In this document: positions 25,741 to 34,257 of the stretch, piece after piece | How the letters are laid out: each line of letters opens with the position of its first letter | Position numbering within the stretch: position 1 is the first letter of the stretch | From: a virus | Taxonomy: Duplodnaviria; Caudoviricetes | Reading direction: 5' to 3' (one strand) | Length of the DNA stretch: 35,815 nucleotides | IMG/VR virus record: IMGVR_UViG_3300020044_003916 | Coordinates: 1-35,815 of that record | Program-made: the position numbers and the translations under genes | Notes under the pieces: generated by a model | Told to the model about the DNA's origin: nothing | Databases searched by the model: none | The model's input: only the letters and a program-made list of their open reading frames with translations

Positions 25741-25744
25741 CAAT
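25715..25744 (+). promoter_or_regulatory. Putative promoter TTGTCA-N18-GACAAT upstream of scaffold
   Basis: -35 at 25715-25720, -10 at 25739-25744. Confidence 0.55.
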
Positions 25745-25801
25745 TGCACACATACGGTTTCCACCCAGCCGTTTCAATGGGTGAGTTTCACAGGGTCAAC
25801 G

Positions 25802-26677
25802 ATGAACACACAGGCAGAACAGGACGACGACACCACGAACGACGACACCGCAGTCATCGAGGACGAGGCCACCGAGCAGCCCGAGGCGCAAGCCGAAGGT
25901 GAGCAGGCCCAAGCCCCAGAAGAAAGCGAAGAATCCGACGAGGTTGTGGTCTCCATTGGTGAGGAAGCGCCGCCTCCCGAAGAACCAGCACACGCACCCG
26001 AATGGGTCCGAGAGCTACGCAAGACGAACCGAGAACTCCAGCGCCAAAACCGCGAACTTCAAACCAAGCTGCAAACCACCGCACAGACTGAGACCAAGCC
26101 GGTCGTGCTCGGGGCAAAGCCCAAGTTGGAAGATCACGACTATGACGCTGACAAGTTCGAGGAAGCACTGGCCAATTGGTTTGAGCGCAAGCGCAAAGCC
26201 GACGAAGCCAACGCCAGACAAGAAGCTGAAGTTATGAATCAGCAGAAAGCCTGGCAAGCCAAACTGGATGGCTACGGCAAGGCGAAAGCCGAGCTGAGAG
26301 TCAAAGACTTTGACGACGCCGAGGCCGTGGCCCAGGAGCTGTTCAACGTCACCCAGCAAGGCGTCATGCTGCAAGGTGCGGATAACCCCGCCCTCGTCGT
26401 CTACGCACTCGGCAAGAACCCCAAGAAGGCGCAAGAGCTGGCCGCCATCAAAGACCCCGTAAAGTTTGCCTTTGCGGTAGCGAAACTGGAGAAAGACTTG
26501 AAAGTTACCAACCGCAAGGCAGCCCCGCCGCCCGAAAGAATCGTGTCAGGAACTGGCCGAGTCTCTGGGGCGGTGGACTCAACCCTCGAGCGGCTGCGAG
26601 AAGAAGCGGCTCGTACTGGCAACATGACCAAGGTCATCCAGTACAAGTCGCAGAAACGAGCAGCATCCTCCAAATGA
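25802..26677 (+). CDS. Scaffolding protein, P22 gp8-like
   Basis: Acidic N-terminus, coiled coil, basic C-terminal helix; between portal and coat; ATG at 25802 preferred. Confidence 0.85.
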   Translation: MNTQAEQDDDTTNDDTAVIEDEATEQPEAQAEGEQAQAPEESEESDEVVVSIGEEAPPPEEPAHAPEWVRELRKTNRELQRQNRELQTKLQTTAQTETKPVVLGAKPKLEDHDYDADKFEEALANWFERKRKADEANARQEAEVMNQQKAWQAKLDGYGKAKAELRVKDFDDAEAVAQELFNVTQQGVMLQGADNPALVVYALGKNPKKAQELAAIKDPVKFAFAVAKLEKDLKVTNRKAAPPPERIVSGTGRVSGAVDSTLERLREEAARTGNMTKVIQYKSQKRAASSK

Positions 26678-26694
26678 TTTTTTAAGGAAATACC

Positions 26695-27981
26695 ATGTCA
26701 AACAGCTTCAGCAAAGAAGAACGCGTTGCCTTTGAAGACCTCCTCGAAGGCTTCCAGGACGCGCTGGTCCTGTCCCGTCACGTCAACATCTACAACACAG
26801 ATCAGACAATGATGGACCGTGCCAACAACACCATCTGGCGTCCACAGCCCTACATCGCTCAGTCGATCAACAGCCCCCCTGGTACTGCGATCCCTGGCTA
26901 TCAGGGCATGACACAGTTGGCCGTCCCCGCCACTTTGGGCTTCAGCAAGACCGTGCCTTGGGAAATGACTTCCCTCGAACTGCGCGACGCTTTGCAAGAA
27001 GGCCGTCTGGGTGAGTCCGCCAAGCAAAAGCTGGCCAGCGACATCAACATCGCCATCATGAACTCTGCCGCTGGCTTGGGTTCGTTGGTTGTGCCAATCG
27101 CAGCCGCTGCCGGTGACTATGACGACGTGGCCCTGTGCGACGCCATCATGAACGAGCAAGGCGTGCCTGACTACGACCGCTTCATGGCTCTGTCCAGCCG
27201 CGACTACAACGGCTTGGCCGGTAACCTGGTCGGCACTGCTCGCAGTTTCGGCAACCAGAAGTCCGACAAAGCCTACGAGCGCAGCTACGTTGGCATTGTC
27301 GCAGGCTTCGACACCTACAAGATGGACTACGCCAACCGTCAAACAGCAGCAGCTGGCGGCGGCTCGATCACCATCGACACCAGCGGTGCAGGCACACAAG
27401 CGAACTACACGCCTCAGGCTACCTCCACATCCGTGGGCGGCCAGATCAACGTGGACAACCGCTTCCAAACCGTCACCGTCAGCTCTTCGACCAACGTCAA
27501 AGCCGGTGATGCCTTCACCATCGCTGGCGTGTTCGCTGTGCACCACATCACCAAGCAATCCACAGGCCAGCTCAAGACCTTCCGTGTCGTGAGCGTTCCA
27601 GCCGGTGGCACAAGCCTGGTGATCACTCCTCCGATCATCGGCGCTCAGGGCGTGTCCCCAACCGACGCTCAGTTGCAGTACAAGAACGTGGAAGTGGCTA
27701 CCGCCTCCGACACCTCTGCAATCACCTTCCTGAACGTGAACGCCGCTTCGGTCAACGTGTTCTGGCAGCGTGATTCGTTGGAAATCTTGCCTGGCCGTTA
27801 CGCAGTGCCTTCCGATGCTGGCGTCGCAGTGATGCGTGCCACCACCGACCAGGGCATCGAGTTGGTCTTGCAGAAGTTCTACGACATCGACAGCATGACC
27901 ATCAAGTACCGCATGGACACCCTGTTCGGCGTGGTCAACAAGAACCCCGAGATGTCCGGCATCTTGTTGTTCAACCAGTAA
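26695..27981 (+). CDS. Major capsid protein, P22 coat family (428 aa)
   Basis: IWRP, LRDALQ..RL..SA..KLA..I, KAGDAFTIAGV..VH.ITK, R.D.LFG....PE..G; AAGGA RBS; terminator follows. Confidence 0.92.
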   Translation: MSNSFSKEERVAFEDLLEGFQDALVLSRHVNIYNTDQTMMDRANNTIWRPQPYIAQSINSPPGTAIPGYQGMTQLAVPATLGFSKTVPWEMTSLELRDALQEGRLGESAKQKLASDINIAIMNSAAGLGSLVVPIAAAAGDYDDVALCDAIMNEQGVPDYDRFMALSSRDYNGLAGNLVGTARSFGNQKSDKAYERSYVGIVAGFDTYKMDYANRQTAAAGGGSITIDTSGAGTQANYTPQATSTSVGGQINVDNRFQTVTVSSSTNVKAGDAFTIAGVFAVHHITKQSTGQLKTFRVVSVPAGGTSLVITPPIIGAQGVSPTDAQLQYKNVEVATASDTSAITFLNVNAASVNVFWQRDSLEILPGRYAVPSDAGVAVMRATTDQGIELVLQKFYDIDSMTIKYRMDTLFGVVNKNPEMSGILLFNQ

Positions 27982-27996
27982 TCTGGCCAAAAAACT

Positions 27997-28019
27997 GGGG
28001 GGCTTCGGCCCCCCTTTTT
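27997..28019 (+). terminator. Rho-independent terminator after the coat gene
   Basis: GGGGGGC-TTCG-GCCCCCC-TTTTT. Confidence 0.92.
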
Positions 28020-28035
28020 GCAATAGGAGAACCCC

Positions 28036-28206
28036 ATGCCATTGACCAAAGGTTATTCGAGCAAATCCATCGGCAAGAACATCAAGATGGAAAAGAAAGC
28101 AGGCAAGCCCATGAAGCAAGCCGTGGCCATCGCACTCAGCACAGCCGAGAAAGCAGCCAAGGCAGCAGGCAAGCCCAGCAAAGCACCAAAGAAGGCCATG
28201 AAATGA
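28036..28206 (+). CDS. Small Lys/Ala-rich protein (56 aa, MPLTKGYSSKSIGKNI...KQAVAIALS)
   Basis: Manual translation; AGGAG RBS. Confidence 0.75.
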   Translation: MPLTKGYSSKSIGKNIKMEKKAGKPMKQAVAIALSTAEKAAKAAGKPSKAPKKAMK

Positions 28207-28364
28207 AGCCAGGTCTCTACGCCAACATCAACGCCAAGCGCGAACGCATCGAAGCAGGCAGCAAAGAGAAGATGCGCAAACCCGGTGCCAAAGGCGCACC
28301 CACAGCCGCAGACTTCAAAGCAGCCGCCAAGACCGCCAAGCCCATGAAGAAAAAGGCCAAGTGA
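28203..28364 (+). CDS. Small basic protein (53 aa, MKPGLYANINAKRERI...KGAPT)
   Basis: Manual translation; ATGA and TGATG coupling. Confidence 0.7.
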   Translation: MKPGLYANINAKRERIEAGSKEKMRKPGAKGAPTAADFKAAAKTAKPMKKKAK

Positions 28365-28669
28365 TGCAGGAAAAAATCCTCACCCCCAAATACGCCAAGA
28401 ACCGCAAGCCGGTTAAGGTTCGCAAGCCATCCAAGCCCATCGACGGCATCAACCACCGCCTGCTGGCCGAACAAGCCGCAGCAGCTGCCCAGGCAGAAGT
28501 CCAGGCCGTGGAAGTCGTGGACACAGCCCCAGAAGACGACGCAGCGCCCACCCGTGCAGAGCTGGAGGCCAAGGCCACAGAACTCGGCATCCGCTTCGAC
28601 GGTCGCACAAAGGACAAAAAGCTGGGACAATTGATCCAGGACAGACTGTCCGCGCCAACTGGAGAATGA
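28364..28669 (+). CDS. Hypothetical protein with C-terminal helix-extension-helix (Rho-N/SAP-like) module
   Basis: TRAELEAKATELGI.FDGR..DKKL..LI. Confidence 0.65.
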   Translation: MQEKILTPKYAKNRKPVKVRKPSKPIDGINHRLLAEQAAAAAQAEVQAVEVVDTAPEDDAAPTRAELEAKATELGIRFDGRTKDKKLGQLIQDRLSAPTGE

Positions 28670-28671
28670 CA

Positions 28672-29154
28672 ATGGGATGGACCAAGCGCCAATTTATCGA
28701 GCAGGCCTTCGACGAGATCGGACTGGCCTCCTACGCCTTTGACCTCGGGCCAGAGCAAATGCAATCTGCCCTCCGGCGCTTGGACACCATGATGGCCGCA
28801 TGGAACGCCCTCGGCATCCGCCTCGGCTACCCTCTGCCATCCAGCCCCCAGGACAGCGATCTCGACGAGCAAACCAACGTGCCCGACAGCTCCAACGAGG
28901 CCATCTACAGCAACCTGGCGATCAAGCTCGGCCCGTCCTACGGCAAGCAGGTCATGCCCGACACCAAGGCCACAGCCAAAGAGTCGTACAACACGCTCCT
29001 GTCACGCGCAGCCATGCCAGTGCAGCAACAACTGCCCAGCACCATGCCAGCAGGCGCAGGCAACAAGCCCTGGCGCGTCTACGACAACCCCTTCATCCGT
29101 CCGCCCGTCGATCCAGTCCTGGCCGGTCAAGATGGCCCCATCGAATTCAACTGA
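28672..29154 (+). CDS. Head-to-tail adaptor, P22 gp4-like
   Basis: TK...I..A...IG, AL..LD.MMA.W...GI.LGY, NLA..L.P.YG, MP.GAGNK. Confidence 0.85.
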   Translation: MGWTKRQFIEQAFDEIGLASYAFDLGPEQMQSALRRLDTMMAAWNALGIRLGYPLPSSPQDSDLDEQTNVPDSSNEAIYSNLAIKLGPSYGKQVMPDTKATAKESYNTLLSRAAMPVQQQLPSTMPAGAGNKPWRVYDNPFIRPPVDPVLAGQDGPIEFN

Positions 29155-29163
29155 GGAACCAAC

Positions 29164-29619
29164 ATGCCAACCATCAACCAGCTCTCGGGCATCAGCCAGG
29201 TCTCTGGCGGCGACCTGCTCCCGGTCTACGTCCCCAACAATGGCGACGCACGCAAGGTCTCGATCACCCAGCTCCTGCAATACTTCCAGCAGACATTCGC
29301 AGCCCCCACCGTGGCCACGAACCTCTACACCCCTGGCACCGGCTTCAACATCACAGTGCCCACGCCAACGACAGAACAGCAGTGGATGATCTTGCAGCCT
29401 GCCGGGACTCTGGCCGCTGGCACGGTCACCTTGCCATTGAACACTGGCGTGCCAGACGGCACACAGGTGCTGGTCACCACCACCCAGATCATCACCAGCT
29501 TCACGCTGGCCCTGAACGGCGCAGCAGCAGCCTTCGGCGCACCCACCACCCTGGCCGCCAATGCCTTCTTCACCATGCGCTTCTACCAGGCCACCAACAG
29601 CTGGTATCGCGTCGCCTAA
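29164..29619 (+). CDS. Virion structural protein (151 aa)
   Basis: GAGG RBS; Thr/Ala-rich beta pattern (TVTLP...DG, W.RV end). Confidence 0.65.
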   Translation: MPTINQLSGISQVSGGDLLPVYVPNNGDARKVSITQLLQYFQQTFAAPTVATNLYTPGTGFNITVPTPTTEQQWMILQPAGTLAAGTVTLPLNTGVPDGTQVLVTTTQIITSFTLALNGAAAAFGAPTTLAANAFFTMRFYQATNSWYRVA

Positions 29620-29640
29620 ACCCCATCCAAGGAGATCCCC

Positions 29641-30591
29641 ATGTTCATCCAGCCATCAGCCACCACCAACGACGTTGATCTGCCAATCCCAGCAGGCCAG
29701 TCGATCAGCATCGGCAACACGGGCGACGAGCCCACCACCGTCCAACTGCAAACAGCCTACCCAGGCCAGGCTTGGATCTACACCACCATCGGCAGCCTGT
29801 TCAACAGCGCCCAGACCTTTGGACCATACGGGCAAGATCGCGTGATCCGCATCTCCAACCGCAACGCTCAGGTCGAGTACAGCATCGGCACACAGCCCCA
29901 GCTGCGCAGCTTCCCTGCTTTGGTGCTGGGCAACCTGGCACCAGTCAGCTTGGTGCAACCTGCCGCCACCTTTACGACCCTGACCTACGCTGACGACTCT
30001 GGCAGCGTCCAGTTGGTTAGTGCAGGCGCTCATGGCCTCACAGCAGCCGTGGCAGTCGGTGAAGACATTTATGTCACATGGGCAACAGGCACAGGCGTCA
30101 ACGGCTTCTACGAAGTCACAGCTCTTGATGCCGATACCACCGGCGTGGCCATCACCATCGACTTGGCCTATGTCACAGGCTTGGGCACACCCACCGTGGC
30201 CGTGGCTAACACCGAGGTGACAGTGGCCACAGTGACAGTGCCAGGCTGGGCCATGGGCACAGGCGGAGGCATGGAAATCGATGCCCTGTTCACGCTCACC
30301 AACAACGCCACCGTCAAGACCTTAGGAATGACCTACGGCGGCGGAGTCTTGCTGGCAGCAGCAGCAGCCAACAGCGCCAGCGCCTGCGTGCAAAAGCTCA
30401 TGTGTAACCGTGGCGGCTCGCAAGTTGTCAGCAACTCGGCCAGCGCAGTCGGCCATGGCTTGTCCACTGGCGCAAACGTGTTCTTGACGGTGGACACTAC
30501 CGTAGACCAGACCTTCGCCATCACGGTCAAGCCAGCAACGGCCAACAACCTGATGCGCTTGGAAGCCTACAAGCTGCACATCAGCTTCTGA
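29641..30591 (+). CDS. Virion structural protein (316 aa)
   Basis: AAGGAG RBS; Thr/Ala/Val-rich; AHGL...GEDIYV...NGFYEVT beta-barrel-type motif seen in tail proteins. Confidence 0.65.
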   Translation: MFIQPSATTNDVDLPIPAGQSISIGNTGDEPTTVQLQTAYPGQAWIYTTIGSLFNSAQTFGPYGQDRVIRISNRNAQVEYSIGTQPQLRSFPALVLGNLAPVSLVQPAATFTTLTYADDSGSVQLVSAGAHGLTAAVAVGEDIYVTWATGTGVNGFYEVTALDADTTGVAITIDLAYVTGLGTPTVAVANTEVTVATVTVPGWAMGTGGGMEIDALFTLTNNATVKTLGMTYGGGVLLAAAAANSASACVQKLMCNRGGSQVVSNSASAVGHGLSTGANVFLTVDTTVDQTFAITVKPATANNLMRLEAYKLHISF

Positions 30592-30593
30592 CC

Positions 30594-30878
30594 ATGGCTA
30601 CCAAAGACACCAGACTGGCACGCGCAGGCGTAGAGGGCTACAACAAGCCCAAGCGCACGCCTTCGCACCCTACCAAATCACACGTCGTGGTGGCCAAGTC
30701 GGGTGACGAGATCAAGACCATTCGCTTCGGTCAGCAAGGCGTGTCAGGCTCTCCCAAAAAAGAGGGCGAATCCAAGGCCAGCCAAGCTCGGCGCGAATCA
30801 TTCAAAGCTCGGCACGCTGACAACATTGCCAAGGGCAAACTAAGCGCAGCGTATTGGGCAAACAAGGTCAAGTGGTAA
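30594..30878 (+). CDS. Small highly basic protein (94 aa)
   Basis: NKPKRTP.HP.KSH.V, IRFGQQG, RRESFKARH, SAAYWA..KW. Confidence 0.75.
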   Translation: MATKDTRLARAGVEGYNKPKRTPSHPTKSHVVVAKSGDEIKTIRFGQQGVSGSPKKEGESKASQARRESFKARHADNIAKGKLSAAYWANKVKW

Positions 30879-30881
30879 GCC

Positions 30882-32294
30882 ATGCAAATCCCAATCCTCA
30901 ACGGCATCTATGCCGACACCACTCCAGAGCTGCGCACGGCCTACCCGGTCAACATGGTGCCTGTGCCAAAGCAGTCAGGCATTAGCAATGGGTTTCTGCG
31001 CCCTGGGGACGGCATCGTGTCCAACGGCACAGGCCCAGGCACAGACCGTGGCGGCATTAACTGGAACGGCGTCTGTTACCGGGTTATGGGCACAAAGCTG
31101 GTGTCGATTGCCAGCAACGGCGCGGTCACAGTCTTGGGCGATGTCGGTGGCCCCACGACAGAACTGGTGACGCTCGATTACAGCTTTGACCTCTTGGCCA
31201 TCGCATCCGGTGGCCGTCTGTATTTCTGGGACCCGGTAGCAACCACGCTCACGCAAAACACTGATCCAGACCTCGGTTTCGTGCTGGACGTGGCATGGGT
31301 TGATGGCTACTTCATGACCACCGACGGCGAGAACTTGGTTGTAACCGAGTTGACAGACCCTTTGCAGGTCAACCCACTGAAATACGGCAGCTCAGAAATC
31401 GACCCAGATCCAGTGGTGGCCCTTGTCAAGTTACGCAATGAGATCTATGCACTCAACAGCAACACCATTGAAGTGTTCGACAACATTGGTGGCGACCTGT
31501 TCCCATTCGCACGCATCGACGGCGCACAAATCCAAAAAGGATGCCTCGGCACGCAGGCCTGCTGTGTCTACTTGGAACGCCTCGCATTCCTTGGCGGTGG
31601 ACGCAACGAAGCTCCAGGCATTTATGTCGGGGCATCGGCCACCACCCAGAAGATCAGCACACAGGAAATCGACAACCTGCTTCTGACCTACACCGAGGCA
31701 CAGCTGGTCACCACCAAGCTCGAAGCACGCAACGATAAGAACCACCAACACCTCTACGTTCACCTGCCAGACCGCACCATCGTCTATGACGCATCGGCAT
31801 CCGAGGCACTCGGAGATCAGGTCTGGTTTACCCTCACCAGCACGGCGTCCGGATTCAGCCAATACCGCGCACGCAACATGGTCTGGATCTATGACAAGTG
31901 GCTGGTGGGCGACCCACAAAGCAGCGCCATCGGTTATCTGGTGCAAGACACCGGCCACCATTGGGGCCAGCAAGTGCGCTGGGAATTCGGCACGATCATC
32001 GCCTACAACGAGGGCAACGGCGCAATCTTCAACCGCTTAGAACTGGTCAGCTTGACCGGCAGCGTGGCATTGGGCACCAACCCACAGATCAGCACCAGCT
32101 ACAGCGTCAACGGCCTTGCATGGAGTCAGGATCGCAGCGTTGCAGTCGGCACCACAGGCAACACAGCCAAGCGTCTTGCATGGTTTCAGCAGGGACACAT
32201 GCGCAACTGGCGCATCCAGCGCTTCCGTGGCGACAGCGATGCGCACATTTCTTTTGTCCGCCTTGAGGCACAGATTGAGGCATTAGCATACTGA
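30882..32294 (+). CDS. Tail hub / packaged-DNA stabilisation protein, P22 gp10-like (470 aa)
   Basis: PVNM.P.PK....GFLR..G, RG...NGV.YRV.G.KL, DGYF, E.DPD motifs; size matches. Confidence 0.88.
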   Translation: MQIPILNGIYADTTPELRTAYPVNMVPVPKQSGISNGFLRPGDGIVSNGTGPGTDRGGINWNGVCYRVMGTKLVSIASNGAVTVLGDVGGPTTELVTLDYSFDLLAIASGGRLYFWDPVATTLTQNTDPDLGFVLDVAWVDGYFMTTDGENLVVTELTDPLQVNPLKYGSSEIDPDPVVALVKLRNEIYALNSNTIEVFDNIGGDLFPFARIDGAQIQKGCLGTQACCVYLERLAFLGGGRNEAPGIYVGASATTQKISTQEIDNLLLTYTEAQLVTTKLEARNDKNHQHLYVHLPDRTIVYDASASEALGDQVWFTLTSTASGFSQYRARNMVWIYDKWLVGDPQSSAIGYLVQDTGHHWGQQVRWEFGTIIAYNEGNGAIFNRLELVSLTGSVALGTNPQISTSYSVNGLAWSQDRSVAVGTTGNTAKRLAWFQQGHMRNWRIQRFRGDSDAHISFVRLEAQIEALAY

Positions 32295-32974
32295 TGGCAA
32301 CCGCACCCGTCTCCAGAAGGCTCAACCTAACCCGCGACCAGCTCGCGGCGTTTTTGACTGACCAGCAACAGATCAGACAGTTCGAGTTGTTGTTCTCCAC
32401 CTTGGACGCCATCGCCATTCAGAACGTCAGCGCCAACCAGGTTTATGCAGGCCCAACAAGCGGTGCAGCATCAAGTCCAACATTCAGAGCACTGGTGGAT
32501 GCCGACATCCCTCCATTGGATTACGTCGAGTCTGTCGGTGTGACTGCGCCTTTGACATCGGACTTAGATCCGCAAAACCCAACGCTCGGAATCACCGGAT
32601 CAGCCCTCACCAAGACAGATGACACCAACGTCACGCTCACGCTGGGCGGCTCACCATCAACCGCACTTCTGGCCGCTGTATCGCTTACCTTGGCGTGGGC
32701 CGGTCAACTCGCAGTCAGCCGCGGCGGTACAGGTCAAAGCTCGTTCACAGATGGCCAGCTCCTGATCGGCAACAGCACCGGCAACACGCTGACCAAGGCC
32801 ACACTCACACCAGGCGCAGGCATCAGCATCACTAATGCAGCTGGGGCCATCACCGTGGCCACCTCAGGCGGAATCTCAGGAACAGCAGCACTAGCGAAGC
32901 TCACAGCCCTCGGAACAGATGGATCTTTGACATTCGTCGATGGCATCATCACCGCATACGTCGCACCAACTTAA
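32294..32974 (+). CDS. Tail needle/plug-position protein (gp26 slot)
   Basis: TGATG coupling to the gp10-like gene; PTFRALV.ADIP, L.VSRGGTG, GQLLIGN fibre motifs. Confidence 0.6.
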   Translation: MATAPVSRRLNLTRDQLAAFLTDQQQIRQFELLFSTLDAIAIQNVSANQVYAGPTSGAASSPTFRALVDADIPPLDYVESVGVTAPLTSDLDPQNPTLGITGSALTKTDDTNVTLTLGGSPSTALLAAVSLTLAWAGQLAVSRGGTGQSSFTDGQLLIGNSTGNTLTKATLTPGAGISITNAAGAITVATSGGISGTAALAKLTALGTDGSLTFVDGIITAYVAPT

Positions 32975-32986
32975 AGGAGAAACAGC

Positions 32987-33388
32987 ATGGAAAAATTCAT
33001 GATGATGCCAAAGGGCTTCATGGGCCTGCCGGTCGAAGAGGAATTCATCACCGCAGCCGAGAACAAAAAGAACACCCAAGTCGTGATCGACGACTGGATG
33101 CTCGGCCCAGAAAAACCCAGCAACGAGCCAACGGCCAATAAGGTCTATTGGGTCGCTCTTGGCAAAGCCATGCAGGTTGACGAGAAAGAAGCCCGGCGTC
33201 GTCGGTGCAGCAACTGCGAGTATTACGACAACAGCACCATGACCCAAGCCAAGATGGAGCGCATCCCGCGCAACGATTGGGACACCGATGCCGGTTTCCG
33301 TGGCTACTGCAACAAATTCGACTTCATCTGCCACGACCTGCGCTCCTGCCAGGCTTGGGAAGAACGCGAATTCGAGATGGAAGATTGA
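32987..33388 (+). CDS. Cys-rich hypothetical protein (133 aa)
   Basis: AAGGAG RBS; C-x2-C-x30-C-x6-C-x5-C-x2-W. Confidence 0.75.
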   Translation: MEKFMMMPKGFMGLPVEEEFITAAENKKNTQVVIDDWMLGPEKPSNEPTANKVYWVALGKAMQVDEKEARRRRCSNCEYYDNSTMTQAKMERIPRNDWDTDAGFRGYCNKFDFICHDLRSCQAWEEREFEMED

Positions 33389-33468
33389 CGGTTCGTCAAA
33401 ATGTGGGAAAATCGAGCCGCTGAGAAAAATTGCTACCAGCGGCATCCAATGAATATTGAGGTGTTTTT

Positions 33469-34248
33469 ATGGGTTTACTCAGCTCACTTGGTGGAATAGC
33501 AGGCTCCTTCTTCGGTGGCCCAGTAGGTGGCGCTATTGGTTCTGCACTCGGTGGTGCGTTTGAAGGTGAAGAATCAGTCGGCCAAGCATCGCAAGCACAG
33601 CAGCAAGCAGCCCAAGGCGGCATTGACGAACAGCGCCGACAGTTTGATGAGATCACCAAACTCCTTTCGCCATACAACCAAGCAGGCACAGCCGCCCTCG
33701 GTCAACAGCAGGCCTTGCTCGGAATGGGAAGCCCAGAGGCGCAACAGCAAGCTATCAACGCCCTGCAAAGCGGCCCACAGTTTCAAGCCCTACAACAACA
33801 GGGTGAAAACGCCATCCTCCAAAACGCATCTGCCACCGGCGGCTTGCGTGGCGGAAACGTGCAAGGCGCACTTGCTCAGTTTCGTCCGGCTCTGCTCTCC
33901 AGCCTCATCAATCAGCAATACGAGCGCCTCGGCGGTCTGACAAACGTCGGCCAAGCCTCAGCAGCACGTCAAGCCGCATTTGGTCAGCAAACAGGCGCAA
34001 ACGTGGCCAACCTCATGGGGCAGCAAGGCCAGGCGCAAGCTGGTGGCATCATCGGCCAGCAGCAGGCATTGACCGGCGGCATCAATCAAGCATTCGGGGC
34101 CATCCAAGGCGCTGGCGGTTTCGGCAAGTTGTTCGGCGGTGGCGGCGCTGGTGGTCTGCAAGCCCAATTCTCACAAACACCCATTGGCTCATCTGGGTTT
34201 GGCTCCGGTCTTGCATACGGAAACCAAGACCTTGGCATGAACTTTTAA
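33469..34248 (+). CDS. DNA ejection protein, P22 gp7-like (259 aa)
   Basis: Gly-rich hydrophobic N-terminus, L.PY..AG, ASATGGLRGGN motif; GAGGTG RBS. Confidence 0.8.
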   Translation: MGLLSSLGGIAGSFFGGPVGGAIGSALGGAFEGEESVGQASQAQQQAAQGGIDEQRRQFDEITKLLSPYNQAGTAALGQQQALLGMGSPEAQQQAINALQSGPQFQALQQQGENAILQNASATGGLRGGNVQGALAQFRPALLSSLINQQYERLGGLTNVGQASAARQAAFGQQTGANVANLMGQQGQAQAGGIIGQQQALTGGINQAFGAIQGAGGFGKLFGGGGAGGLQAQFSQTPIGSSGFGSGLAYGNQDLGMNF

Positions 34249-34257
34249 AGGCGCACC

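Noticed and set aside
26698-28119. 473-aa antisense ORF over the coat gene (similarly 23710-24645, 22905-23702, 25183-25764)
   Set aside because: Shadow ORFs produced by strong codon bias of the sense genes; no RBS or recognisable motifs
28800-29678. 292-aa alternative-frame ORF (also 22445-23146, 24576-25244)
   Set aside because: Arg/Pro/His-rich off-frame translation overlapping well-supported structural genes
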